The notes beneath the pieces were generated by a model, which saw only the letters and a list, made by a program, of their open reading frames with translations, searched no databases and was not told the DNA's origin. 42,114 nucleotides of DNA, from NCBI GenBank assembly GCA_964354195.1, contig CAYGYN010000076.1:1-42114 (forward strand), written 5' to 3'. The translations under genes were made by a program, and so were the position numbers. This DNA comes from Candidatus Woesearchaeota archaeon (GTDB lineage Archaea; Nanobdellota; Nanobdellia; Pacearchaeales; GW2011-AR1). Position 1 is the stretch's first letter. Every line of letters starts with the position of its first letter. Positions 1 through 8,617 of the stretch are shown one piece after another.

Positions 1-2
1 GA

Positions 3-422
3 ATTCTGCGCAAGAGAGGATTGCTCGTGCTATTTACTCCTTATTCCGGAAAGTATGAGGATGTGCCTGTACCTAGAAATATGGAAAAGCAGGCTTTTGG
101 AGTTGGCGGAGACCTTAGAGATTATGGAAGAAACCTCTTGAAGAGACTGGAAATGAAAGGTTTTGTAATAATAAAAGCAAGGTATATAGGAGGGCCACTA
201 AGCACCTTTGTCTGGAAGGCAAAAGAAAAAATATTGGGGAAGGAGAAGAAGAAAGTAGAAGAGCAAATAATGACTGGCACATTCATGAATAAAAATAGGG
301 CCTCAATTCTCCTCAAGAAATTCTTATCAGCTATTCTATTCGGAATTTATATGCTCGATTATTATCTCTTTTCAAATAGAAATAAAAAGGGCATTCTCTT
401 TATTATTGCATTCAAAAAATAA
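3..422 (+). CDS. C-terminal part of a class I SAM-dependent methyltransferase-like protein with a hydrophobic tail (5' end outside the window)
   Basis: The frame is open from nt 3, with no stop upstream of the TTG listed at 21. The ILRKRGLLVLFTP segment resembles the 'LkpGGllvi.tP' strand of class I methyltransferases. The C-terminus is hydrophobic. The stop at 420-422 lies 1 nt before the next start. Confidence 0.4.
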   Translation: MLRKRGLLVLFTPYSGKYEDVPVPRNMEKQAFGVGGDLRDYGRNLLKRLEMKGFVIIKARYIGGPLSTFVWKAKEKILGKEKKKVEEQIMTGTFMNKNRASILLKKFLSAILFGIYMLDYYLFSNRNKKGILFIIAFKK

Positions 423-423
423 G

Positions 424-1158
424 ATGAGAAAAATAGCATTTACAGTGGATGTGGAGAAGGACTTCCATAAAGATAGCTATGCTAATTTGAGAAATCTTAG
501 CAAGCTCTCGAGGATTCTCAAGAAGCGGGGCATCAAGGCGACTTTTTTTGCAACGTCTGACTGCCTTGAGAAATATCCAGGCATTTTCAAGAAACTAAGA
601 AAAGGAGGGCATGAGATTGCTTTGCATGGATATCTGCATGAGAGATGGGATACTCTTAGCCTGAAAGAAAGAGAAGAGAAACTTGGCAAGGCAATTGCTG
701 TTTACAGGGGAGTGTTCAACGAGAATCCAAAAGGTTTCAGAGCTCCGCAGTTCTCTGCTGACTTTGAGCTTGTGAAACTACTGAACAAAATGCATTTTTC
801 ATATGATTCATCGCTTGTTCAGTTTCCGCTGTTCCAAGCAATCTTTTTCCCTTCGCGATTAGGACTTTACCTGAGGCAATGCTTCATCAGACCAAAGATA
901 AGAAGCAGCAAAATGAGAATATGGGAGATATTTGTATCTTCCTTTGTGCTGCCAGTCTCTGCTTTCTCTCTAAGAAAACTGCCAAGATGGCTGTTCTCGA
1001 TATTGCATGAGTTTGCCTACCTATACAGGAAGAAGAATTGGGTTGTTTTCCTCTCTCACTCTTATGAAATGGACAAAGCAGAATTGGAAAGACTTGAAAG
1101 TTATTTTGACAGATATAAGAGGGCAAGTTTTGTGAGGATGGAGGATTTGGCTGCATGA
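424..1158 (+). CDS. polysaccharide deacetylase (NodB/CE4-like)
   Basis: Motifs KIAFTVDVE, ATFFATS and HEIALHGYLHE are typical of the NodB-homology deacetylase family. I prefer the ATG at 424 (MRKIAF) because it directly follows the upstream stop. Confidence 0.75.
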   Translation: MRKIAFTVDVEKDFHKDSYANLRNLSKLSRILKKRGIKATFFATSDCLEKYPGIFKKLRKGGHEIALHGYLHERWDTLSLKEREEKLGKAIAVYRGVFNENPKGFRAPQFSADFELVKLLNKMHFSYDSSLVQFPLFQAIFFPSRLGLYLRQCFIRPKIRSSKMRIWEIFVSSFVLPVSAFSLRKLPRWLFSILHEFAYLYRKKNWVVFLSHSYEMDKAELERLESYFDRYKRASFVRMEDLAA

Positions 1159-2294
1159 AAATACTATACACATGCACATATTCTGCAGGAATTTCTGGAG
1201 TCTGGAACAGAGTTTACAATGTCGCGCAGGAAATGATTAAGAAAGGGCATGAGGTTTTTGTCTTTTCGTCTAATTTGGAAGCAGGGACGATGAAAGAAGC
1301 ACCGGAGTTTGAGCTTGTTGACAGGATTAATTGCTATAGGTTTCCCGCCCGTGTTTTGTTAAGCAAGAATGCGCTTGACTTTGGGAGAAGCGCTGAGAAA
1401 ATGCATGTTAAGCTGAGAGAAATAAATCCCAATATTATTGATTGCCAGACTTACAGGCATAGCGAAGGAAATATTGTTTCAAAGGAAGCTTCAAAACTTG
1501 GAATTCCATGCTTTTTGACAACGCATGCACCATTTGTCTCTGTTGGAGTCAGGGGAATTATATTATCAACTATAACAAGGCTATATGACTTTGTTTATTC
1601 AAGGAATATTCTTAAAAGATTCAAGAAAATTATTGCAATATCAAAGTGGGAATATCCTTATCTGAACAAGCTTGGAGTGAATAACGAGAGAATTGTCTAT
1701 ATTCCAAATGGGATTCCTGTTGAGTTCTTCAAGGGAAAAAGAAAATTAGGCAGCAAAGTTCGCAAAGTCTTGTTCTTCGGAAGAGTTGCCCCGGTAAAAG
1801 ATGTTGAAACCCTGCTTCGTGCCTGGAAATTGACTGAGAAATCCAACAAAGCAACTCTCGAGATTATCGGACCTGCGGAACTTGAATACAGGAAGAAACT
1901 TGACGAGCTGATAAAAGAATTGAGATTAAAAAACGTGAAGTTTGGAGAGGCGGTTTTCGCGCTAAACGAGAAAATAAGGGTTTACAACAATGCAGAGGTG
2001 TTTGTACTCCCTTCGAAGAGGGAGGGCATGCCCCAGTCGCTTATTGAAGCAATGGCTTGCGGGAATATTGCCATTGCTTCTGACATAGATGCATGCAGGG
2101 AGATTGTCAAGAACGGGAAAAATGGCTTTTTATTCAAGCAGGGAGATGAGGAAGACTTGGCTGAAAGGCTTGAGATGGTTATTCTGAATTATCAGAAGCT
2201 TGGCAGGATTGCCAAGAGTGCAAGGGAGTATTCCCACGAGTTCTCATGGAACAAGATTGCAGACAGGCTTGAAAAACTTTATAAGAGCAAGTAA
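1155..2294 (+). CDS. glycosyltransferase family 4 (GT-B fold)
   Basis: The C-terminal motif EGMPQSLIEAMACGNIAIASD...NGKNGFLF is the E-x7-E region of GT4 enzymes. It has an ATGA overlap with the upstream gene. Confidence 0.85.
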   Translation: MKILYTCTYSAGISGVWNRVYNVAQEMIKKGHEVFVFSSNLEAGTMKEAPEFELVDRINCYRFPARVLLSKNALDFGRSAEKMHVKLREINPNIIDCQTYRHSEGNIVSKEASKLGIPCFLTTHAPFVSVGVRGIILSTITRLYDFVYSRNILKRFKKIIAISKWEYPYLNKLGVNNERIVYIPNGIPVEFFKGKRKLGSKVRKVLFFGRVAPVKDVETLLRAWKLTEKSNKATLEIIGPAELEYRKKLDELIKELRLKNVKFGEAVFALNEKIRVYNNAEVFVLPSKREGMPQSLIEAMACGNIAIASDIDACREIVKNGKNGFLFKQGDEEDLAERLEMVILNYQKLGRIAKSAREYSHEFSWNKIADRLEKLYKSK

Positions 2295-2306
2295 TTTTGA
2301 AGGATT

Positions 2307-3638
2307 ATGAAGATATCTATTTTTGGACTGGGCTATGTGGGGGCGGTTAGCGCTGCCTGTTTTGCAAAACTAGGGAATGAAGTTATAGGTGTTGATGTTG
2401 TTGATTACAAGGTTGATGCAATAAATTCAGGAAACGCACCGCTGGAAGAAAAAGGACTCTCGGATTTAATAGCGGAATTTACAAAGAAAAAGAAACTTTA
2501 TGCAACAAAGAACACTGAAGAAGCAATTCTTAATTCAGATGTTTCTTTTATTTGTGTAGGAACTCCACCTACAAAGGAAGGAGATATTGATTTAAACGTC
2601 TTAAAAAAAGTCTGTGAGGAAATTGGCAAGGCTCTCAGGAAGAAAAAATACCACCTCATTGTAATAAGAAGCACAATGTTTCCAGGCTCATTGGATGTCC
2701 TTATAGAGATACTTGAAAAATCATCTGGAAAGAAATGCCACAGGGATTTTGACATTGCGACAAATCCTGAATTTCTGAGGGAGGGAAGCGCAATAAAGGA
2801 TTTCTTTGAGCCTCCTTTTGTGGTTATTGGTGCGGACAAAGAGAGTGCAGGGAAGAAAGCGCTTAATGTTTATCATGACATCAAGGCAAAGAAAATAGTT
2901 GTCAAGCCAGGAGTTGCGCAGATGATAAAATATGCAAGCAACTCGTGGCATGCACTTAAGGTTACTTTCACAAATGAGATTGCAGCTATCTGCAAGAAAG
3001 CAGGAGTTGATTCAAAGGCCTTAATGGCTTTGTTCTGTGAAGACAATCAGCTTAACATCTCACCCTATTATATGAAGCCGGGGTTTGCTTATGGCGGCAG
3101 CTGCCTCTCGAAAGACACAGCAGCATTGAAAAGCAAGGCAAGAAAACTCGAGGTGAACACGCCAATTATTGATTCTATAGCCCAGAGCAACATGGAACAG
3201 ATTTACCGTGCCATAGAGCTGATAAAATCCAAGAAAAAGAAAAAGATTGGAATTTTAGGATTGACATTCAAGCCAGACACAGACGATATAAGAGGAAATC
3301 CTATTCTTTATGTAATAAACAAGCTTTTCAATGATGGTTATGAGATAAAGATATTTGACAGGCTTATTGATGTTGCTGACATAGAGAGCATAAGCGAGAG
3401 TTACAGAAAGGAAGTATTTGATTTGATAATGCGCGAGGATTTGAAAGAGAATATTGGAACAATCTCGAGCTTGTTTGCAGATGTGAATTCTGTTTTGAGC
3501 CAAGAGGTTATTGTGATTGCAAATAGGGATAAGAATTATTCTGAAAGCTTGAAATCTCTCGGAAAAGATAAAATAATCATTGACTTGCAGAGCATAATTG
3601 AGCCAAAAGATATTAAAGCGAGGTATGAGACTTTATAA
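2307..3638 (+). CDS. nucleotide-sugar 6-dehydrogenase, closest by eye to GDP-mannose 6-dehydrogenase (AlgD-like)
   Basis: MKISIFGLGYVGAVSAACFAKLGNEVIGVDV, GTPPTKEGDIDL, NPEFLREGSAIKDF, MIKYASNSWHALKVTFTNEI and YMKPGFAYGGSCLSKD track my recollection of the P. aeruginosa AlgD sequence block for block. Confidence 0.8.
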   Translation: MKISIFGLGYVGAVSAACFAKLGNEVIGVDVVDYKVDAINSGNAPLEEKGLSDLIAEFTKKKKLYATKNTEEAILNSDVSFICVGTPPTKEGDIDLNVLKKVCEEIGKALRKKKYHLIVIRSTMFPGSLDVLIEILEKSSGKKCHRDFDIATNPEFLREGSAIKDFFEPPFVVIGADKESAGKKALNVYHDIKAKKIVVKPGVAQMIKYASNSWHALKVTFTNEIAAICKKAGVDSKALMALFCEDNQLNISPYYMKPGFAYGGSCLSKDTAALKSKARKLEVNTPIIDSIAQSNMEQIYRAIELIKSKKKKKIGILGLTFKPDTDDIRGNPILYVINKLFNDGYEIKIFDRLIDVADIESISESYRKEVFDLIMREDLKENIGTISSLFADVNSVLSQEVIVIANRDKNYSESLKSLGKDKIIIDLQSIIEPKDIKARYETL

Positions 3639-3639
3639 A

Positions 3640-4518
3640 ATGATAACTGTAGGAATACCAACATACAATGAAGAGAAATCAATAGCAGGGGCAATAAACT
3701 CTGCCTTGAGGCAGATTAAGAAAGAGGACGAGGTTATTGTTGTGGCTTCTGGATGCACTGACAATACTGTCCCTGAGATAAAGAAAGTGATAAAGAAGGA
3801 TAAAAGGGTTAAGCTAATTGTTGAAAGCGAGAGAAAAGGCAAGGCATCTGCACTTAATTTGATAATAAAGAATGCCCGCGGCGAGATTATTGTGCAGACA
3901 GATGGAGATGTTACAATTGGCAAGGGGGCGATTCCTGCACTTGTAAAGCATTTTGATAATAAAAAGATAGGAGGGGTTTCTGGAAATCCAATCCCAATAA
4001 TTCCTGAAGATAATATGTTCTATGACTGGACAATAATGAGTTACAGAAAGTCTGGCGAGCTTCGAGAGCAGCAAAGCAAAGCAGGCACATTCTGGCACAT
4101 GTCAGGCTATTTACTTGCATTCAGAAAAAAAGCACTTCCTGAAGTGCCTTTTGCAAAAGGGGCTGTTGATGCATGGATGGGAAAGGTAATTCTTGACAAT
4201 GGCTACAAGATGGTTTATGAGCCCGAGGCAAAAGCTCTTGTTAAAGCTCCTTTGAATGCAAAGGATTTTGTAGCTCAGAAAGCTAGAGTTCGCGCAGGCT
4301 ATTCTTTCCTAATAAAACAGACAGGTAAAGCGCCGAGAACTCTTGGAAAAGAGATATTTTGGTTGCCTCAAGAGTTGTTTAAGGTGCCAATAACAAGATG
4401 GCACAAATTCCTTGCTTCGGGTTTTGTATATTTATATGCCTGGATGAAGGGCAAGTGGCTTGCAAGAAAGAACAAGTCTCTCCAGCAAATCTGGCAGGTT
4501 CCGACTTCTACGAAGTAA
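3640..4518 (+). CDS. glycosyltransferase family 2
   Basis: MITVGIPTYNEEKSI, ASGCTDNT and the QTDGD (DxD) motif. The ATG at 3640 follows the upstream stop at 3636-3638. Confidence 0.8.
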   Translation: MITVGIPTYNEEKSIAGAINSALRQIKKEDEVIVVASGCTDNTVPEIKKVIKKDKRVKLIVESERKGKASALNLIIKNARGEIIVQTDGDVTIGKGAIPALVKHFDNKKIGGVSGNPIPIIPEDNMFYDWTIMSYRKSGELREQQSKAGTFWHMSGYLLAFRKKALPEVPFAKGAVDAWMGKVILDNGYKMVYEPEAKALVKAPLNAKDFVAQKARVRAGYSFLIKQTGKAPRTLGKEIFWLPQELFKVPITRWHKFLASGFVYLYAWMKGKWLARKNKSLQQIWQVPTSTK

Positions 4519-4564
4519 ATTAGAGAATAAAAACAAATAAAAAGCACATTTTTCTGACTAATTC

Positions 4565-6256
4565 ATGGCTGAAGAGATTAAGGCTGAAAAGAAAGAAGAG
4601 AAAAAGGCAGAGAACAAAGAGCTTAATGACAGAGTTGATAGAATAAAGAACTGGCTGAAGAAGCCCGACAATGCAATTCTTGTTGGCATTCTTGTTCTTG
4701 CGATAGCTGTTCGACTATACTTCTTTTTCCAGACATCTGGGCAGACCCTTTGGTATGATGAGGCAGATTACATGTCAACTGCAAAGCACTGGGCTTTTGA
4801 TATACCTTATATGCTCAATGTGCACAGGCCGCCGCTTTTTCAATTGCTTGGCTCATTTGGATTTGATTTCGGATTGGGAGAGATGTGGATAAAATTCCTT
4901 CTTGTCCTGCTGCCTTCAATTATCCTTGTTTATTTTGTTTATCTACTTGGAAAAGAAATGTACAATGAAAAAGTAGGTTTGATTGCTGCTTTCCTTATTG
5001 CTGTCAGCTGGACATTGCTATTCTGGAGCATTAGATTCCAGCCAGATTATCTCTCAATGTGCTTCTCTGTGCTTGCTGTATTGTTCATGTGGAAGTTCTG
5101 GAAAGGGGGCGAGAGTAAAGATATTGTTTGGGCTGGCATTTTTGCGGCATTGGGATTTAACTTCAAGGTTTCGGGACTCTTGGTTCCAATGGCATTCATT
5201 ATTTTCATCCTTATCAAAGATAGATTGACTGCTATTTTCAACAAGAACTATTATTATTTCTCGGCTGCATTTTTGGCAACACTTATGCCTTACTTTATCT
5301 GGAGCTACATGCAATTTGGAACTCCCTTTTCGTTTACCCAAGGGTATTCGAGCGCTGTTGAGGCTGCTTCTCCTTTTGCCTGGCAGGTAATTAGTTTCTT
5401 CTATGCTATGAGTGAAAATGTTATCTTTTTGTTATTCCTATTGGGATTTGTTCTTGGGTTGAAGTTTCTCCTGTACGCGGATGTTATAGCAAAGGACAAG
5501 ACAAAAGCCTTTGACCCTGACTTGTTCAGCATCATAATGCTTGCGCTTACTGCTGCATTTTATATTTTCTATATAAGGGGCGTTGAGGACAGGTGGGTAT
5601 TTCTCTGGCTGCCATTTATGTTCTTCCTTGTTGGGAATGCATTGATGTTTATCTATAATGCCGGCAAGAAATACACAAAGATAATCTCAATAATTATTGT
5701 TTTAATTTTACTTGGAGTGGGAGGATACATGCAGTTGTCGCATGCAAATACACTTATTGATACTAAGAAAGATAGTTATTCCCAAGTAAGAGATGCTGCA
5801 TTGTGGATAAAAGATAATTCTTTGAAGAGCGACAAGATATTATCCCAATCCTACCCTCAAACAGTATATTATTCCGAGAGAAACACAATTTTCTATTCTG
5901 ACATTAACAACTCTGCTGATTTTGAGGCGCTTATTGCAAAGGAGAAGCCAAGATATCTTGAGATTTCTGTATTTGAACCCCATCCTGCATTTGTTTACAC
6001 CTGGCCTAACATAAACAACAGCATCCCTGTACAGGTTTATTATGCTGACAAGACAAACAAGCAGCCTGTGCTGATTGTTTATGAGCTAAATCCTGGAGAG
6101 CAAGCAGATAATATCCTTGATATATTAAATAAACAAAAGCAAGCAGAAACTGAGACAAATGAGACAGCTGAGAACAATGCAATAAACTCGACAGAAAGCG
6201 CTATTGGAACGAATAAGACTACAAACACAAACAATACAGGAAATAATCTTGGATAA
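4565..6256 (+). CDS. GT-C fold membrane glycosyltransferase (PMT_2/ArnT-like, AglS-like Dol-P-sugar dependent transferase)
   Basis: There are about 11-13 hydrophobic segments. The first-loop motif LWYDEADY is the DE/DD motif of GT-C enzymes. A soluble C-terminal domain ends in an N/T-rich tail. Confidence 0.6.
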   Translation: MAEEIKAEKKEEKKAENKELNDRVDRIKNWLKKPDNAILVGILVLAIAVRLYFFFQTSGQTLWYDEADYMSTAKHWAFDIPYMLNVHRPPLFQLLGSFGFDFGLGEMWIKFLLVLLPSIILVYFVYLLGKEMYNEKVGLIAAFLIAVSWTLLFWSIRFQPDYLSMCFSVLAVLFMWKFWKGGESKDIVWAGIFAALGFNFKVSGLLVPMAFIIFILIKDRLTAIFNKNYYYFSAAFLATLMPYFIWSYMQFGTPFSFTQGYSSAVEAASPFAWQVISFFYAMSENVIFLLFLLGFVLGLKFLLYADVIAKDKTKAFDPDLFSIIMLALTAAFYIFYIRGVEDRWVFLWLPFMFFLVGNALMFIYNAGKKYTKIISIIIVLILLGVGGYMQLSHANTLIDTKKDSYSQVRDAALWIKDNSLKSDKILSQSYPQTVYYSERNTIFYSDINNSADFEALIAKEKPRYLEISVFEPHPAFVYTWPNINNSIPVQVYYADKTNKQPVLIVYELNPGEQADNILDILNKQKQAETETNETAENNAINSTESAIGTNKTTNTNNTGNNLG

Positions 6257-6280
6257 AATATTCAATAGGTTTATTGAATT

Positions 6281-7564
6281 TTACTTTCTATTATATTCTG
6301 CCCTTGCAGCAGCGTATACCTTATCTATGCGAGATTGCTCCACATTTTGCGCGCCAAAATAAGGATGGTCAATACCAAGGGCGTCTGCAGCAAAACTTGT
6401 AAGAATTGGGGCATTTGTCCAGCCGCTGTAAACATGGCTTGGACCTCCTTCTTTCTTATCATCCCCACCAGGAACTGGAGAACCCTTAGAAGTGTCATAG
6501 CTTCCCATCCAGGCACCATGTATAAGTGGATGAGATGGAGAGTCTATCTGGCATTGAGCAAGGAATTCCTGTGCTTTCTTGAAGGCATCTTTTATCGGAT
6601 ACATCTGCAGGGCATTAACCGCCCAATTCTGTCCATAAACTAAATCTGCAATGTGCTCTCCCTTGCTTCCTTCCCACCATTCGCCTGCAAAATGCCCGTC
6701 TTGATGTTGACTTCTTACAAGGTAATCTACACAAACACCCAAAGCATCACGAACTTGTTCATTTTTAAGGCTTCGAGCGATACTTACCATCTGGAAAACA
6801 GCATAAGAGGTATTGGAAAGGTCATAAGGCTTTGGAGAATCTCCTCTTTTGAAAGCATCTATTTTCTCAAAGTCTGCTTTCATAGATTTAAGAACTTCAT
6901 CTTTAAATCTCTCGTCTTTTGTTAAGCTATAAACTTGCGCCAGCGCCATGTTTCTCATGCCTCCCCAGTGAGGAACTCCGTCCATGTTGCCTCTGCATGC
7001 TTTGACTAAAAGTTCTCGTTTCCCAAGAAGAGCTTCGGCGCAGACAAGAGCATTTATAGCTACTTCATCTGGATAAGAAGGATTAGTTGCCCATAAATAA
7101 AGCGGGGCGATTACTGCCCAAGAGTTGTCATCGACCCATTTCTTGTTCCAGTATGTTCCTCTTCCTTTCTTCACCCCTGGCGAAGATTTCATGTTTTGAG
7201 GAAGCGCATCCAAGGTTGTCAATCCATGCGCATACAATCCCAATTCCGGATTTTGAGGGTCTTTCTCCTGGAAGTCATATTTTGTAACAAAATCTACCAA
7301 ATTCTTTGCTATCTCAGAGAGTTTAGGATTACTGAGCTGGCGGGAGGCTAATTCAAGTGCAACAGCGGTTTCAAGCGCGCAGTCAACTCTTCGGTATTTG
7401 AATATTCCATCTTGCAAGAGCTTATTGCCCCCCACAATTGGATGAGAAGGATGTAATAACCAGACTCTTTCGTCAACTCCCTCCATGCCCTCGTCCCTGA
7501 GAATTCCGGAATTAAGGAACCAATTTACATTCTTTTCAATAATTAGTTTTGATTCGAGTGCCAT
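6281..7564 (-). CDS. cytoplasmic alpha/alpha-toroid (six-hairpin) protein of unknown specificity
   Basis: There is no signal peptide. YLVRSQHQDGHFAGEWW resembles the Q-x2-DG-x-F/W repeat of toroid folds. WVDDNSWAV resembles the GH76-type DD motif. The ~430 aa size also fits AGE-family epimerases. The function is not resolvable by eye. Confidence 0.35.
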   Translation of the reverse strand: MALESKLIIEKNVNWFLNSGILRDEGMEGVDERVWLLHPSHPIVGGNKLLQDGIFKYRRVDCALETAVALELASRQLSNPKLSEIAKNLVDFVTKYDFQEKDPQNPELGLYAHGLTTLDALPQNMKSSPGVKKGRGTYWNKKWVDDNSWAVIAPLYLWATNPSYPDEVAINALVCAEALLGKRELLVKACRGNMDGVPHWGGMRNMALAQVYSLTKDERFKDEVLKSMKADFEKIDAFKRGDSPKPYDLSNTSYAVFQMVSIARSLKNEQVRDALGVCVDYLVRSQHQDGHFAGEWWEGSKGEHIADLVYGQNWAVNALQMYPIKDAFKKAQEFLAQCQIDSPSHPLIHGAWMGSYDTSKGSPVPGGDDKKEGGPSHVYSGWTNAPILTSFAADALGIDHPYFGAQNVEQSRIDKVYAAARAEYNRK

Positions 7565-7565
7565 G

Positions 7566-8027
7566 TTAAGCTGCTGCTCCCGAAGGATTATCTGATTCTG
7601 GTTTCTTCCAGTTTTTAAGAATATTTTCTAATTTTTGAGGCACTCTTGGTATTTCTGGAGGATCAAAATGAACATCCCATGCAGCGATATATTTTGCAAA
7701 TTCTTCGCGATTCGGAAATTCTTTCTCTTGATGCCCACAATGACCAGAATATTCTGCATCCACAGGTCTGCATTTCCAATCTGTCCAAACTACAACTCGT
7801 CCATCTGGGTGATAGAAAGCGCAGAGGGCACTTATTCTGAACTGAAAATTACCGACTTTATCATCCTCTTTGTATGTCCAATGACCTCCACGACTAAATT
7901 GTACTTCTCTAAATCCTTCAGAAAATCTCTTTTGGAAATCAACATTTTTTCCATACCATCCTAACCAATTTGAGGTATATTCATCAAATTGTGCGGTATT
8001 TGGTTTGGGGGTTTGTTCGTCTGTCAT
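7566..8027 (-). CDS. hypothetical soluble protein (153 aa from the ATG at 8027)
   Basis: Long ORF. Its ATG at 8027 lies in the junction TAACATG with the upstream stop. No family recognised. It is W/H/C-containing (HCGH). Confidence 0.5.
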   Translation of the reverse strand: MTDEQTPKPNTAQFDEYTSNWLGWYGKNVDFQKRFSEGFREVQFSRGGHWTYKEDDKVGNFQFRISALCAFYHPDGRVVVWTDWKCRPVDAEYSGHCGHQEKEFPNREEFAKYIAAWDVHFDPPEIPRVPQKLENILKNWKKPESDNPSGAAA

Positions 8028-8028
8028 G

Positions 8029-8481
8029 TTAATCAACTCCCCTCTCCATTACAAGCCGAGTCTCAACTATAGCCCTGGCAGAAGAGTAATCTCGGTTTGA
8101 AGACCTGTAATGTCTGTATCCAGCTAATCCCGTCATTGCCGAACCCACTATCCCTGCTATAACCGCAGCAGCAAGTTCGGTCTGCCCAAGCGTTTGGGAG
8201 TTTTCTGTTAGTAAATATCCAAAATAGGCAGATGAAGCAAGGAATCCTAACGAGAGAAGAGGCAATATCTCGCCACAAGAGTTCTCCCCTTCATTAGGCT
8301 GATAATTTGGATTTGCCCTGCTTGGGAAATTATCAAGATGATTCTTAAGAGCAGGCAACTTGTCAGAAGAAACTTTCTTAGCAAGACCAGTTAAAGTCGA
8401 TGCTCTCTGCTCGCCAAGGCTAAAAAAAAGCACCCCGTCTTTGAAAGGAAGTTCTTTTTGAGAGATTATTTGTTCTGTCAT
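8029..8481 (-). CDS. hypothetical membrane protein with two predicted TM helices
   Basis: Hydrophobic segments ILPLLSLGFLASSAYFGYLL and AAAVIAGIVGSAMTGLAGY. It is the first gene of the minus-strand three-gene cassette. Confidence 0.5.
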   Translation of the reverse strand: MTEQIISQKELPFKDGVLFFSLGEQRASTLTGLAKKVSSDKLPALKNHLDNFPSRANPNYQPNEGENSCGEILPLLSLGFLASSAYFGYLLTENSQTLGQTELAAAVIAGIVGSAMTGLAGYRHYRSSNRDYSSARAIVETRLVMERGVD

Positions 8482-8617
8482 GTTAATCTATAACTACTAA
8501 AACTTGATGAAGGTTTTTAAATCTGTATTACTGAAATTAACTACCAACTTAGAGTGAAATTAAGATATTTTCTTTGAGCATAGATTATTTTATAAATAGA
8601 TTAAATGACTTATTTTA

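Noticed and set aside
1-6. The window begins exactly with GAATTC (an EcoRI site).
   Set aside because: This is most likely a cloning or assembly boundary or a coincidence. It is not a biological feature, and it only means that the first gene is truncated.
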